The notes: a model not told the origin generated them from the sequence alone. A DNA stretch of 64,000 bases from Azolla caroliniana (GCA_043228905.1 JBHGNT010000002.1:23746001-23810000), one strand, 5' to 3'. Positions 26,124-40,475 are shown, counted from the stretch's first letter. Numbers and translations are program-made.

Positions 26124-26625
26124 TTCCAAAGAAGAATATACTCCATTAGTTAAAATGACATACAATACACAACTTTAGACATTACCTACCTCCATATGGG
26201 CTACATCACTTATTTATCTTACACTAAATAGCCCACATGTTTTTTCTCCATGTTTGTCGTGTCATTCACGCCCCTCTATCATCTAATGGGAGGGGGGAAC
26301 AACCATCTCGGTACTACGTATTGCCATCGTATATCCACTCCAATTTCTGTAGCCATCGGTGTAGTACACCATCATTTTCTGAAATTCAGCCTCATTAAAT
26401 CTGAAGCATCATCTATTCCATCAATCCGCTCATATTGGGCCCTCAATCTAGTTATTAACATGTGCCATATTAGCTTAATAGATTCTGCTGGAGGCCGTTT
26501 GTTTGTTGAAAATACCCTGGTACATCTTGCGGTCCAAATGTTCCATAAGATAATGGGTGCTAGCAATATCCATAGATCTTCAATTTTCTGCTTTTGGGCA
26601 TTACTTCTAGGTGCACTGTTACTTC
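26124..26625 (-). mobile_element. 5'-truncated LINE family A copy with TSD
   Basis: Reverse-complement near-identity to about 17325-17826. 18-bp TSD AATTTAAGGTTGTTACTT (26106-26123, 26626-26643). Confidence 0.92.
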
Positions 26626-27412
26626 AATTTAAGGTTGTTACTTCTTACTTCTTGTTACTTCTTGGCCTACTAAAAATCTAAGGTAGTAGCTTGTTGGTGT
26701 TCAACCAAAATTTAAGGTTCTCAATGCTCATTGCTAATTGTTTGTTTGTGGTGTTGATGATACCTTTTTATATCATGCATGCTTACTATGAATTCCATAT
26801 TGCAAGTAATGCAACTTGCATAGCCAATTATTTGCTATGGTTCAAATCACACATACACGCGCGTGCGCGTGTGAATATATATTTTCATGTTTGTAAGTAT
26901 GATAAATCAAATATGCTCTTTTTTATTGATTAAATATCTATAGAACCCCCTTTTTGAACTAAACTCATTTGTTTGCGAGCAAATGCACAATACAAATGTT
27001 TTGAATCCCTTCTCTTGAACCCAAATACTACATTTTCTTGGAAGTGAAGTTAATATCTTGTAGTACTTGTTTTTGTTGGCTTGCAAGGCTCTGAATATTT
27101 GATGAAATGTTGAAAAAAAGGTTGGGCCATGAACCATATCCGATTTTGTTGTGTGGATGGTTATCTAGAGATTCAAAGTTAGGGACACAAAACCACACTA
27201 ATGTGAACTCATTCTATCACGAATGTCTGCGTGCATGCACGCACACATAACACTCACAAATCATATATTGCAAGCTAGATGTGAAAGGGCCGAGGCTCAT
27301 TCACTTTACACATCTTAAGTATGCTTTCCCATACTTGGCTGGAGGCATTTCAAACATAGCCAAGATTTGTTTCTTTGTTTTCACCATATCTACGTAGTAA
27401 AGAGAAAGAGTG

Positions 27413-27690
27413 TTTTTTTTTCCAAAAAAATTCTTCCATTAGTCATAAGATTTTATAGATGAGAATGTTATATACAAATCCTAGTAGGGACGCAATAGTT
27501 CCATCTTATATGGAGGCCCCCTAACTCAAGAAAGGGAGAGGACAACCATTGTTGGATGAAGACTAATTGCCGCTTGTGAGGTCATCGTATTGGCTCTTTA
27601 GAGTGGCTACAACTTCACTCTATATCTCCTGCAATAACATTGCTTGATGCATAGTTTGATTGGAAAAGACCCGTTTACATTGTTGTTTCT
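27413..27690 (-). mobile_element. Short LINE 3' fragment
   Basis: The minus strand encodes ..LHIRWNYCVP and ends ACTAATGGAAG..TTTTTTTGG-An. Confidence 0.55.
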
Positions 27691-28149
27691 AGAGAATCCA
27701 AAGAGCTATTGGGTTGTTGTTTTTAATATGCAATTAACACATTAATTCTAATGAAATTTTAATCAACTTGGATGAATTGCCGTGTAATTTTGTACCCACC
27801 TCGGAATGGAATGAAACAAATAAACCAAAATCTTGTAAAATAAATAGCGTAGGTCGTTTCAAGTAAAACAAATTATATTATCCACCCTTTTGCCAAAAAT
27901 AATAAAACTAAAACTAAAACAATAAAAAGAAGAAGAAGAAGGAAATAAACAAAATGAAAATATTTCTAACATATAATATAAATGGCCAAACGTGTAACAT
28001 GTGCCCCACGAATGGAGAGGAAAGCTTTTATGTATAGTACTATTGTTTTTAGTATTACTCATATTACTAGTGGGAAACCTCAATGTCAGGTATAGACAAT
28101 CCACAAATAATAAGGGGAAACGTACAAAGTGTCGATTAGACATTGATGT

Positions 28150-29012
28150 GCTTAGAAGCATTGAAAGTAAAGAGAGTAAGTTTGAGCAATATATACCTTA
28201 GTTGTAGAGACAATGGAATAGAGATTACCTTCCTAGAATTGGCTTTGACCAAAGGCCTAACTATCGGGGGCCATTCAAAGTGGCTAATACCTTGTCCATT
28301 GGAGGAAATAGGGGTTGGTTGAGAAGGCAAGGCAAAATTTGTCCAAATAGACAAATGTTTTCTTGAAACCTTTGCCCAAAAAGTCTTATCTAAAAGACAT
28401 GCACTTATTCTTTGTATAAATGCTCTCGTGAGTGAAAAGGTCTATAAGAAGTGTGCAATTGTTTCTAATGCTACACCATATTGCTTAGGAAGGTTACACT
28501 GGGGTGCTATATTTCCACAATCATTATCCAAACAAGTTTATCTTAGCAAATAATGGTTCATAATCAATTCACAATGTGATCAATGATCAAGGTCACACGT
28601 TAAGCGTCAATGACATGGCATGTAGTTGTAGTCTTAGGCTACATCACTTACACAAAGACAAAAATATTATTCCAATGGAAATATTAAAACGCGATTAGTG
28701 TATCAATTGGTACAACTCTTTGTGGCAATAATTGTTTTAGTGTGTTGTGGCATTGTGATTTCCATCCAATGATATGTGCATCACAAAAAATGTGTGTTTA
28801 TTATAAACAATCTACATGCAAGTTTACAACACTAATGATGGTTGGATGTGTTGAGTGTGTGGTCCCCCTTGGGTGAGGTCCTAACTACAACTTGTCATAT
28901 TTACAGTTTGTCTATAAGACGGAACTATTGAGTCCTTTTTGGGATTTGTATATAACATTCTCAGTTGTTAAATTGTATAACTAATGTAAGGAGTTTTGTT
29001 TTTGGAAAAAAA
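28150..29012 (+). mobile_element. Degenerate LINE 3' fragment
   Basis: Remnants of WGAIF and IRRNY, and an ACTAATG..TTTTTGG-A7 tail. The 5' boundary is uncertain. Confidence 0.45.
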
Positions 29013-30584
29013 GGTCATCGACTCATCCAACTCAAACTTTGCCTAGTACCTATCTTTTATGTAAGGTATTATTAATCAACATCAAAATGAAATCCATGAT
29101 ATATTTCAATGCCAATCCTTGGTTGTTAAGGATAAGAAAAAGACTTCTATGTTTTGATGTATTTGTGGAATCCATGGTCATTAAAGTTTGGCAATATTAT
29201 CTAGTGCACCAATTCTCTACCTAATGGATATTAATCAATACCCATATCCCATGCCTAGCATAAATTAATCAATATTACTTGTTTCCTACATTAGATGCCT
29301 ATAGGTTTCAATCAACATCATGAATGTAAAAATAACATCATATGTGGTACCTTAGGTTAGGTCCAATTATAATGAGCCCTCCTTTAAGTAAAGTGAAGGT
29401 CGACTCGAACATGTCGTGTGTGCGTACGTGTTAATAAGAATCAACCACCACTCTTTCATCCATTTCTTTCATTTTAAGACAACAATACAACAAAGAATGT
29501 ATTTACACCTCATAGGCCGTATATTTGACAGTCGGGGAATCTAATCTCCTTTATGAATTAGTACAATGTTCATCCTTCAGGTCATTGATGTTCATTTTCA
29601 AACATCAAATGTAAATTTTTCTTTTGTTGAACACGTTTTATGCTATTCAACATTCTTATTTCATCGGGCCGATTCTGCACACAAGTAATTGCTCCTCCAA
29701 ACGTGCAAAAAAGACATTCCAATTATGCTTTTCACAAATTTGTTTTTTTTTTGGGTTTACCTATACTTTTCTTATAAATGTGAACAAACTTTTTTGACTA
29801 TTCTTCTAGGATTTTTTGTCCATAATATGTAGGTATGCCCAAACTAGTTGAGAAATCTATTCTTTCTCATAATATATTGGATCACACAACAAGCTCTTTT
29901 CCTTCACTTAAAATGTAATGTTTGAGTTTGTGAATTTGTTACAATTTAAAGCTGATATCCTAGTGATTTTGTACTGGGCAATGACTATGAAACTTTGCTT
30001 ATTGTAAAATCTCCAAAACATTCAATGGCACACACAAATCCACTTCATGAATAAGATTCCATGTGAAAACGTTCATAGAAACATAAATGAAAGAATCTTT
30101 GTGCAATCCCAACATATGTATATGTAACAAAGAGACAAGGAAGTGTCAATCAATATGCATGTAGCAAAGAAATCCTTTGCATTCAAGGGAGGGCTATTTT
30201 TGTCCATGTTTTAAAGGCCCAACCCATCCAAAGGAAATCACTGTTAGGCGATTTTTCTTTATGAAAAGTAAAAGTAAGAATATTCATATGTTCTTTTCAT
30301 GTGTTGGCTCCAACAAATGAATTGTTTATACAAACAACTTTCTCCTACTCTAAATTGTGTTTTGAATTGTCCCTCTCCCCTAGTTGATATTTTGTTGCAC
30401 TAATGGTCACTCGATGCCCTTTCAAGTCATTAAGCTTTAACAACAATTTTATTAACTGGAAAGACCTAAGCGTGTCATGAAATCCATATAAACAATTTGA
30501 AATATCTCAACAAATGTGAATATTAACAATTTTAATTATTGGATTGAATGTGCTTTGGCATTTGAGATGCCAATGTCTCTACAA

Positions 30585-31450
30585 CTAGGTGGATAAAGGT
30601 ACCAGTTAAAGTAAATCTTCACATTATCTTTTCTTGGCTTGTAGGCAAACTAAATTGTTTGTGAGGATAAACCAATAGGTTCACTACTTAACCACATAAC
30701 TTTAGTTTTAGTCCATTACCTTATTTTGATTAGGTTTATGAATGGTTCAACTACTTAGCTATGAGCCTTCATTCATCTCAAATGAAACTGAATCGTTAAG
30801 CCATGGTTTAACAATTTATAGGTTCAAAATAATAAAACAATTTGACTTGGTTTCAATTATGAACAAACAATTTGGTTTTATTTAGGTTTGATTCTCAAAT
30901 GAAGGTTTATTATAGCTTATCAATTTAAGTGGTTTGATTTAATGGTTTATTGGTTTTACTTAATTCTTAATTAATTTAATGATTTTTATGTTTTAATACT
31001 AATTTAACTTAAAAGTTTTTTATGTCTTTTTTGTTTAACTAATAAATGGTTTGGTTTAGATTTGTGATTAAATGATTCTGTTTTGTTTCAACGTTTCCTT
31101 ACACAATTTAGTTTAAATAGTTTGGTTTCACCTTTCCTTAATGGTTTGTTTTGTTTTAACTTTTCCTTATTCGATTTAATAGGGTTTGGTTTTACATTTC
31201 CTTACTTGTGGGAATCAGCAATGGTTCGGTTTCGACTTAACTGGTTTGTCCTTCTCCAAGCCAAAACGGTTATGCCATAACCAGTAACCAATTTGGAAAT
31301 TTTAAAACTAGAGTTGAACCAATCCTTAAACCGGTTATGGCTTAATTGATTTGGCCAAACCGATTAAGCCTTAACCGGTTTGGCATTGCCCAAGCCGAAC
31401 TAAACCGAGCTCAAACCAATAATGGAATCTCAAACCTAAACCGGCCCCTA
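30585..31450. mobile_element. Degenerate non-autonomous hAT-like element related to the 5540 MITE
   Basis: Dense AACCG/GGTTT subterminal motifs and a right end ..AACCGGCCCCCTA. No clear TSD. Confidence 0.4.
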
Positions 31451-31572
31451 ATTTGTTTCATTTTTGTTTGCATAATGAAGTGAGGGTGGTCGCAAATGAT
31501 AGATCAAATTAGGCCTTAGATCTAGATCCACAAAAGGTGAATCTCTTTTGGAGGTTTTGGATTATGGAAAGG

Positions 31573-31708
31573 AGTTCAATATCGTCATTAACTTGGGATC
31601 TTGGAGAATTGTATAGGAAAGTGTCAGTTCAATATCTTCATTAACTTGGGATCTTGGAGAATTGTATAGGAAAGTGTCAGTTCAATATCTTCATTAACTT
31701 GGGATCTT
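31573..31708. repeat. 53-bp tandem repeat, about 2.6 copies
   Basis: Units start at 31573, 31626 and 31679 (AGTTCAATATC.TCATTAACTTGGGATCTT...). Confidence 0.9.
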
Positions 31709-31789
31709 CAAGCTCTGATAAAAACATTTGCTTTTTTCCTGTATTCTGTGAAGATTAATAGGAAAATTTTAGGTGGTAGATCATGGAAG

Positions 31790-32618
31790 GAATTGGTTAC
31801 TCATGTTTTCTCGGTTTTCTCCACAACATCTCAAGCAATTTAAGAAATGGTTGTGGGGCATAAAAGGAGTAGGAAAAGTGTTTGTTTTCGGTGATTGTTG
31901 GTTCATAGAGGTATACCAGTTAATGGTTGGGGAAAAGGGATGAATGTAGACAATATGTGCCTTTTTTGTATGAATCTAGTGGTGACTACTAAGCTTTGTC
32001 TGTGGAATTGTGACTTTGCAATGGAAATATGGAATATAACTGTAATATTGTTTATACCAATCTATCTTTGAGTGGTATATATATGGGGGCAATATTATGG
32101 GTGGTGGTATAAGATAAACCAATGGTATATGTACAAGGGGATGTTGCAAATGCTCTGGCCATGAGACATGGTTTGATGCGAATAACAATTATACCTCTAA
32201 ATCCACAAATAGAGATTGATAAACTTGAAATATGGCAATTGGTAAGTAGCATCACAATTTGGTATATTTGGAAGGCAAGATGTTTGAAGATATTCCAAAA
32301 TGTAACCAAAAGACTTGCCCATATCATTTCTGGGATTTGACAGGGATTGTGCATAACCTCAGAGGTTCTTTGGATAATATAAAAAGTAATAAGTAACCAA
32401 CAAAGTTACAACGATTGGAGTTTCATGCCATATGAAACAAATGAATATTTTATAGGCGGATTTTTGATAAGGTGGAGTAGATCTACCCTATATTGAAGTA
32501 ATTATTTGAGCCAACAATTAGAACTTAGCACAACGGTCATTACCTAATGTACATATTTCATGTATAGCCTTAGGGCGTTTTTTTAATACTAATGTAGTAT
32601 CTTTCTTGGAAAATAAAA
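31790..32618 (+). mobile_element. 5'-truncated L1-like LINE (family B), degenerate
   Basis: Homologous to 38914-39740 (IWQLVSSITIWYIWKARC) with an ATACTAATGTAGTATC..TTGG-A tail. Confidence 0.8.
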
Positions 32619-33252
32619 GAAATATTAAATAGTTTTCTAAGTGATAATTATATTCTTTCAAGGAAGGGTGTTGAGTTCGAAACATGCCATTGGCAACACG
32701 ACAACTGTTTGGTTTTTGGTATATATAAATTGTTCAGTTTGGTTTTAAGGCCAAGGAAACCGAACTGAAACAAGCTGATACCTATAACTAGTTCTTCTTT
32801 TCAAATTTAACCCAAATTACTATTCCATGATTGATTGTCAAGATCTACTATTTGTGGATAAATGTCTCAAAACTATGTGCACGATGTTGATGTTGAAAGG
32901 CAAAATTTTCAATACTCAAAAGAAGACCTACAGTTTGGAATAAACTTAAAAAAGCTGAGATTTATCACTATGGCCACAAGCCCTGTGATTTCTTTCATGA
33001 TCTTAAAAATCATGTGATGTTGGTAAACTTGCATCGTACACCGATGATAGATTTCAATAGATGGTTATACATCTCCATGAAAGAAAGTCTATTAATGCAT
33101 ATTTTTTATGTTTCACTAGGCTCATTAATTCTTTAAACAAGATCATACACATTACTCTTCAAGGAAAAGACAAACCAACAAATTATATATGTGGTACAAA
33201 TATTATCTTAGAAGGGGAGGATATAATAGCAAGAGACCAAGAGAAGCACAAC

Positions 33253-33561
33253 ATGCAATGGAAGAAAAATAACCCAAATCAGAGATTTATACAACAATGA
33301 TATATCTATAATGTGCCCCCCCTACAGTTTATATCAAATTGCATGAACAAATTATATGCAATGGAAGAAAAATAACCCAAATCAGAGATTTATACAACAA
33401 TGATATATCTATAATGTGCCCCCCCGACAGTTTATATCAAATTGCATGAACAAATTATATGCAATGGAAGAAAAATAACCCAAATCAGAGATTTATACAA
33501 CAATGATATATCTATAATGTGCCCCCCCTACAGTTTATATCAAATTGCATGAACAAATTAT
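33253..33561. repeat. 103-bp tandem repeat x3, near-perfect
   Basis: Units start at 33253, 33356 and 33459. One substitution seen (CCTAC/CCGAC). Confidence 0.95.
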
Positions 33562-33947
33562 ACGTCATGGCTATGCCCTCCTGTAGACCGATCAATCTGC
33601 AATGTTCTCTTGATCCAAGATCGTCCACCCATTTGACAACAGTTTGAACCTCACAAATGTGTTCACCCTTATGTTAATGGCTTCAACCACAAACAACCAA
33701 AGATCTTCCAAGTAGTTTGGTTTTGATAAAACACTTCCCTGGACTACCAACTAGCATGATGTGTAAAATTGCAAACTCAAACAGAATAATGATTTCCTAA
33801 AGCACAAGTCATCACTATTCAACAGTGAATTATGCCCATCCCATATGGAGTCATGAAAAGAGACACCGAACAGTAGAACAAAACAACTAACCACTACTAC
33901 AAAGGGCCTTTTTTTGAAGATCTATGACATTCAATATTTAGACTTAA

Positions 33948-34286
<339 letters not shown>

Positions 34287-35629
34287 TGAGATATTTTTGA
34301 TAATTTGCTTCCAAATGGGATTTGTAGATGATCATAGAATGTATGAAGGTCACTCCCTTTCCGGACAGAAAAGACAACAGCTGCTTGTTCTTTACGGTTG
34401 TCTTGCTCGCAACTATATTCATCGCCCTGAGCAAAGTAAAATGAATCTAGGTTTTCCCATCGCAGTTAACTGCTTATCACAATCATTTCCTTACTTTATT
34501 GTAATGCTCATGAACCTGGAAAGCAACAGAAACACTTTGAGAGGGAAGGAGTTTTGGTCATGGGGGAAGGGAAAGAGAGCAAGTGCCTCTAACAAGGTGA
34601 AATATTCTAAACTACAACACCATTTCGTTCTTGAAACAGCCTTTTTTCCACTACATATAAAATGGACTTATACAGCATGTTATATTGTTTGCAAGAAAAA
34701 AAAAGGCTATATTTATCACAAAGTGGCTAAATTTCAAGGACTTTGGAAACACTTGCACTATACATACAACCAAGTTCTTTTGAAAGATTTGCCCAGTTTT
34801 ACAATTAAATGAGGAATTATGAGTGATGTTTGGCAAAAGAATAATATTAATCTAGTAACCTTTGAAATATAAGGGTAAAGGCTTCATGATCTATCATGTA
34901 ACATGTTATTATAACCAGCCCAACTATTTTTGTTCGGTAAGTGCATGGTGTTATCATCACAACATAATGTCATTTGGATGTACTTGTATTTTCCTTGCAC
35001 TCATCTTCTTTCTGTCCTTTCAAACCATGGAGAATATAACCCCATGTATTCTAACAAGCACGTAGCGACATTACTACAAAAAGGGTTCTCTATAAGTAAC
35101 TTAGGTTAAAGTGAGCATAAGCATAAAAGTGCAGGGGAGCTCAACAAGATTCATGATGCATCACACTAACTTGACTCTGGACTATCTTATTTCATCATGT
35201 AGTTATATAAACTTCTCCAAACAAGAGCTATATAACCTTTCACACATGCTGAGGTTAAGTGCATGTAGAGCAGATAAAATCAAAGAAGGCCAATATCCTA
35301 ATGAAGGGGGGGCAACAACATCAAGCACTAGTCCTAAAGAGGAACACAACAGTGTAAACTCAAAGCAGGAAAAGTCCACGATCTTCCTAAGGTAGATCAT
35401 AAAAATTTCCAGGAAAAATGCCACCAAAATCCCCAACCAGAACCAGAAAAAGGCAATGGCATCAGAGTGACAACATGAAAAAGAGGCAACTCTTGCACAT
35501 CCCGTTTGGAAGCAGAGAGACTCATTGACTCCAATGCACCACTGACCCTTTCAAAGGACATCCAGAACGTCCCAATGTCTGGTTCCAAAAAGGAATTCTA
35601 CTCCAATGAACCTCGCAAAAGGCCAAGCA

Positions 35630-36510
35630 AACCTGTCAGACATTCATTTTGGCTTCCTCTCACGAATCCTGAGTTGTTTTTTCTTTTAGTAGGAAGACTC
35701 CAAATGAAGTAGATCGTAGGATTACCAATGTGGCCATCCGTAATTACTCATCATAAATAGTCTTCCACCATGAGAAAAGACTCCTAGAATGGGACACAAG
35801 TATATTACCCCCTTTTTAAGTACCCTGAAACCTGTCAAGACTAAAACATCTTCGCAAGACAAATAACACTTAGATGATATTGTCAAGAGATGAGTGGCGT
35901 ATCCCTCTCTTTAAGAACCCACTAAAGAACCAAATCCAAATTGGAAGTATAAAAATTCTACCCACCCTCAAAAAGAATCATAAGCTTAGGAGACTCCATC
36001 GTGCAGGAATCCAAACTGCATTAACATCCAACAGAACAGGTTCCCTCTTCATCAATGAAGAGCCCCCAACAATTTTAGGAAGACCCAAAACATTCTCATG
36101 ATGCCTGCGGACAAACATTTGGGTCTAGTTACCCTCAACACCGAAAGCAAGCATTATTCATCATAGAAAACCTAAGTCAATATGTTTTGGGGGAAACCAC
36201 TATTGAAGACTTCAAAAGGACAGGACTTCTATTGTTCCAACATCTTCGAGAAAGAGGCTACCCAGATAGATTTCCAAGGCCAGCTTTGCCAAAATTGTGT
36301 ATAGCAGGAGGCCAACTCTTCTCCAAAAATCCTGTAAAAGAAGTATTACAAAACATGGGAATCCTCTATACTTAAAGAATTTTTACTTCAAGTATACTAG
36401 AACTGTAAAACTCAAAGGTATGAATCCCAAAGTCTCTCAACTTCTTCTAGCAGACTCCAAGTTGTGTAACTTTTCTTGACCAATGATTTGCTGGAAGAAT
36501 CCCTCATACT
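35630..36510 (+). mobile_element. Penelope-like element (PLE) relic with most of RT deleted
   Basis: N-terminal N.S..L.HHEKRLL.WG.KY.TP-like motif (about 35740-35812, frameshifted) and the PLE thumb motif S.YPQHRK..F...N...Y..GETTIEDF......F..LRERGYP (36121-36275). Confidence 0.55.
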
Positions 36511-36819
36511 CTGGCCTAAGGGCTACCATCCACACTCAGGTGTCCATTGGCCTTCTGGACGAATAGTGCTCCGACTATGACCATTGCAGTGTATAATCAT
36601 TATATAACTGTTGTTTAAGAGAACGTCCATATTCCAGTATGAGAGAACATACCCCTCCCCTCCTATATGAAGAGAAGAGGGGCTCATTCTCTGAAATATC
36701 AAAGTAGGTGTTCTGGGGCTCACATGGTCGAGCAAAACTAGTTTGGGAACGTTTTTGGTAATACAAGTTTTTGCATTAAAATTGGCCCTTTTCTTTTCTT
36801 TGCTCTATTCAAGACTGGG

Positions 36820-37100
36820 AAGACCATCTAAGTCTTAGTTATCTTGCAAAGATATAATTTTCTTCGTAAAATTACAAGCTTTTTAGGAAACTTAGAAGGG
36901 GTAATATACTCTGAACACCCATCCTAGCAGTTGTTTCTCATGATGTGAGAGTGTGTGAGGAGAGATTATCCCGGTAATTCGACAATCTACTCCATTTCGG
37001 GTTTTCCTACCGGAAAAGAGAAAACAATACTCAGGATTTCTGAAAGGAAAACAAAATGAATGTCTTACCGACTCAGTCCGCGTTTTGCTAGATTCATTGC
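36820..37100 (-). mobile_element. Second, inverted PLE-like 5' fragment
   Basis: The reverse complement aligns with 35638-35876 (VRHSFCFPFRNPEYCF vs VRHSFWLPLTNPELFF; LSHHEKQLLGW). Confidence 0.55.
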
Positions 37101-37899
37101 AGCAGAGGTGCTTCGCGAAGCTTGCATCGTTTGAACTTTTCTCCAAACTATACATCTGATCTGGACTCTCCCCGGTTATCATGTCAATCCGAGATCGAAC
37201 AGCTGAGCTTTATTAAGGCTACAGACTAGACCATATATACTTGGTCAAAGCTCAGAGTATTCACCACAGCCACAGTAAGACACAACTAGCATTATTTATG
37301 TTGTTGTTGGGTAGAAGTGTTAGCAATATTTTCTTCCCAATCCTGCAGATATAGTGAATTAAAAAAACAAAGTCACTAATTCTCGAACTTTCTTCTCATT
37401 TATTCCTTCTTCTCTTCCTCCTCCTAAATCGTCTTCCTTCTTCACTGGTAGAAAACCCGTGATATATTCAAGAGATTTAATGGTCTAAATCATCGTCAAA
37501 ACATGACAAGCTCTTAAGCTTCTTCTTTTTTGTCTTTGCCTTCGACTTTGCTGGTTATGCTCCATGCCTTGCTGCATAAGGTGCTTTACAGCTATGGGAA
37601 CTTCTTCTTCTTCTTCTGCTTCTTCTTGACATTGCAGACAGCCATCACAAACGTTATCTGTAATGGTTGTCCTCCATGACCTTTGATCAGACCAGGATCA
37701 ACACTTCAGTTTTATTCACATTCGACAAACACGACATTCACATCCTTTGCAGATTTGTGTCCATCTCAAATCACAAAATACCTGAGAATGTTGATTATCA
37801 GCATAAATCATAGTCTTCTGCTAATCCTGCGCGCGAGAGACACTAATCACAGATAATGATGAGCATGGAAAATCACGTCCTTCTTTTCCAATTGATCAA

Positions 37900-38400
37900 G
37901 AAGAAGACCCAAAGTTAAATCTAAATCCAAGAAGACCCAAGTTAATCTTAATCCAAGAAAAGACCCAAAGTAATCTTAATCCAAGAAAACCCAAGTTAAT
38001 CTTAATCCAAAAATTCGATCCATGATTGAAAATGACTTTGATGGAGTTTTCGTTCCTTTTTTGTCGAAATTATTATTACGAAGAAGAAGCTTAATTTATA
38101 AGTCTTTCGATCAAGAGAAGAAGGCACGGAAGAACCATGTGCGAATCGCATTACGGCCATGTCCATGGCCAATGCTTTTGTCGGTAGGCTTGCCCATATG
38201 CACCTTGATTTCTATTTCGTACCTAAGTTAATGCAAATTTTTAATCCATGATCGGAGGACTTTGATGGAGTTTTTGTTCCATTTTTGTCAAATTATTATC
38301 AAGAAGAAGAAGCTTAATTTAAAAGTCTTTTGATCAAGAGAAGAAGGCATGGAACCATGTGTGAATTGCATTATGCCACAATCCTTGGTTGGTAGGCTTA
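37900..38400. repeat. Short AAGACCCAA..TAATCC tandem units plus a diverged direct duplication of about 200 bp
   Basis: Four units of 25-28 bp at 37900-38010. 38015-38195 resembles 38245-38400. Confidence 0.75.
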
Positions 38401-38913
38401 CCTACAACACAGTTCATATGGTTGCAAAAATGTCCGTACACATGTGAAAATGCACAATGCCATTGGGGGTTTGTGAGCTAGGAGAGGAATCCATCATTCT
38501 GTGACAATTGGCTTCATTCTTACTCTTCTTAACTGTAGGCTCTCTTTTTGCTCGTAGCTATCTTCACCACTAGGCTCCCATTGCACTCCTAGCTCTCATC
38601 ACACTCTTCTTAGCTCTCTTCTATCCAAGCTCTTGGTTATTATCCTATGTCTCTTCTCGCTCTTAACTCAGTCTCTTTCTCTTCGAGCATCAAGCATTGT
38701 CCTTGCATGAATATTGTTTCTCTAAAGCTACTAGTGTTCTCTATCCCCATCTTTTTGTGTTTTTGTGTTTTTGCGTTTTTGCATTTTTCATTTTCAAAGA
38801 AACATCACAATACATTTTTCTTTCGTACATTCTAAACTAGAAGACAAGACAAACATTTTAAAAGAAGAAATTTGGTTATAAATATTGCAAATTTTGGTTA
38901 TAAATATTGCAAA

Positions 38914-39740
38914 TGTTGTTTGGAGACGAAATGAACTTTCTCCACAACATCTTAAACAATTTTGGAAATGGTTATGGGGTATAAAGATGAGTAGGAAAAT
39001 TGTTTGTTTTCGATGGTTGTTGGTTCATAACACTATACTAGTTAATGGGTGGCGAAAAGGAAATGTAGACAAGATGTGCCCTTTCTATACAGATGTAATA
39101 GAGACTGCTAACCATCGTTTGTGGCGTTGTGGTTTTGCTCTGGACATATGGAAACAACTCATAATTTACTCCAATATATCCTAGAGCAGTGTATACATGG
39201 GGTGCAATATTATGGGCAGTGGTACATGATAAACCAATGGTATATGAACAAGAGGAGGTTGCAGATGCTATTATGATGAGACACGGTTTGATGGAAAAAA
39301 AATTGACCCCTCTGAATCCACAAATACAAACTGATAAACCTCAAATATGGCAATTGGTAAGTAGTATTACAATTTGGTATATTTGGAAGGCTTGATGTTT
39401 GAAGGTATTTCAAAATGTGTCTGAAAAACTTGCCCAAATAATTTCGGGAATTTGGATAGAGATTGTGCATAATCTTAGAGGGATTTTGGATAATATGAAA
39501 GGTAATACGCATCAAGCGGAGCTTAGGTGTGTGGAGTTTCATGCCATTTGGGACATAGGTATATTTTATAGACGACGTTTTGATAAGGTGGAGTGGTTCT
39601 ACTCAACACCAAAGTGTTTATTTAAGCTGATGGTTAGAATTTAGAAAAACATAGGGGATCATTGGTATATCTTGTATGTTTAGCCTTATGGCGTTTTCTA
39701 ATACTAATGTAGTATCTTTTTTGGAAATAAAAAAATAAAA
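38914..39740 (+). mobile_element. 5'-truncated L1-like LINE (family B) with TSD
   Basis: 12-bp TSD AAATATTGCAAA (38902-38913, 39741-39752). zf-RVT-like CPF...ETANHRLW, VEWFYSTPKCLF and an A-rich tail. Confidence 0.88.
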
Positions 39741-40475
39741 AAATATTGCAAAATTACAATGGGTTTGTCAACATCCGAAAAAAACCCCAGATAACATTAT
39801 TCAAAAACCCGTTTAGAGGATGAGAATTTCAAAAAGTAGAAGAATTTCAAGGGGAATATTCTTAAATTTTGCCATGGCGAATCTACGACCAATGACAACA
39901 CGCCTTGGTCATGTTAGGCCTCTTGGTCGCCCTTGTAATTTGACACCTTGCGACTTTGTTTTTTTCATGTCATGGGGATTTGAATCCTCAAAATATCAAA
40001 CTTGGTAATGATCTCTCTTGCTCATTATATGGCTTTCAAGAGTTCTCTTTCTAGATAAAAATATATTTCGGCACCATTGCATTTGCGTTTGAACGTGCAT
40101 TTGCCCTTATCCTCGCATGGGTGCCTGATTTCAACAAAAGGTACATCAATGTATTGGTATTTATCTTAGGCTCCTACGTCCTTTGACAAGAGAGCTCAAC
40201 AACCTTTTGTCTGCTTTAACGAGGGATTTGGACCCTTAACCATTTGTTACCATTGGCTAGCTCTTACCATTTCAGATATGTGTTGTTGTTTTTTTCCAAA
40301 AAAGAATATATTCCATTAGTTAAAATGTCCTACTATACATAACTTTAGTCCCTTTATCGGGTAGTCCTTGCCTAAATTATCCTATCATTCTTAGCTACTA
40401 TATACCCTATGTTGGTTGTACAAAAGCTCGCCACCAAACATCTACTTATATATGGGCGACATCACTTATTTATCT

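Noticed and set aside
32588-32602. TGTAGTATCT matching the U2 snRNA branch-point-pairing region (also at about 39708)
   Set aside because: A 10-nt match inside a LINE tail with no other U2 sequence. It forms a local ATACTA/TAGTAT mini-hairpin that other tail families lack.
33253-33561. Repeat arrays here and at 1085-1890 and 31573-31708 as CRISPR-like
   Set aside because: They are head-to-tail tandem units without unique spacers, in a eukaryotic context with no cas genes.
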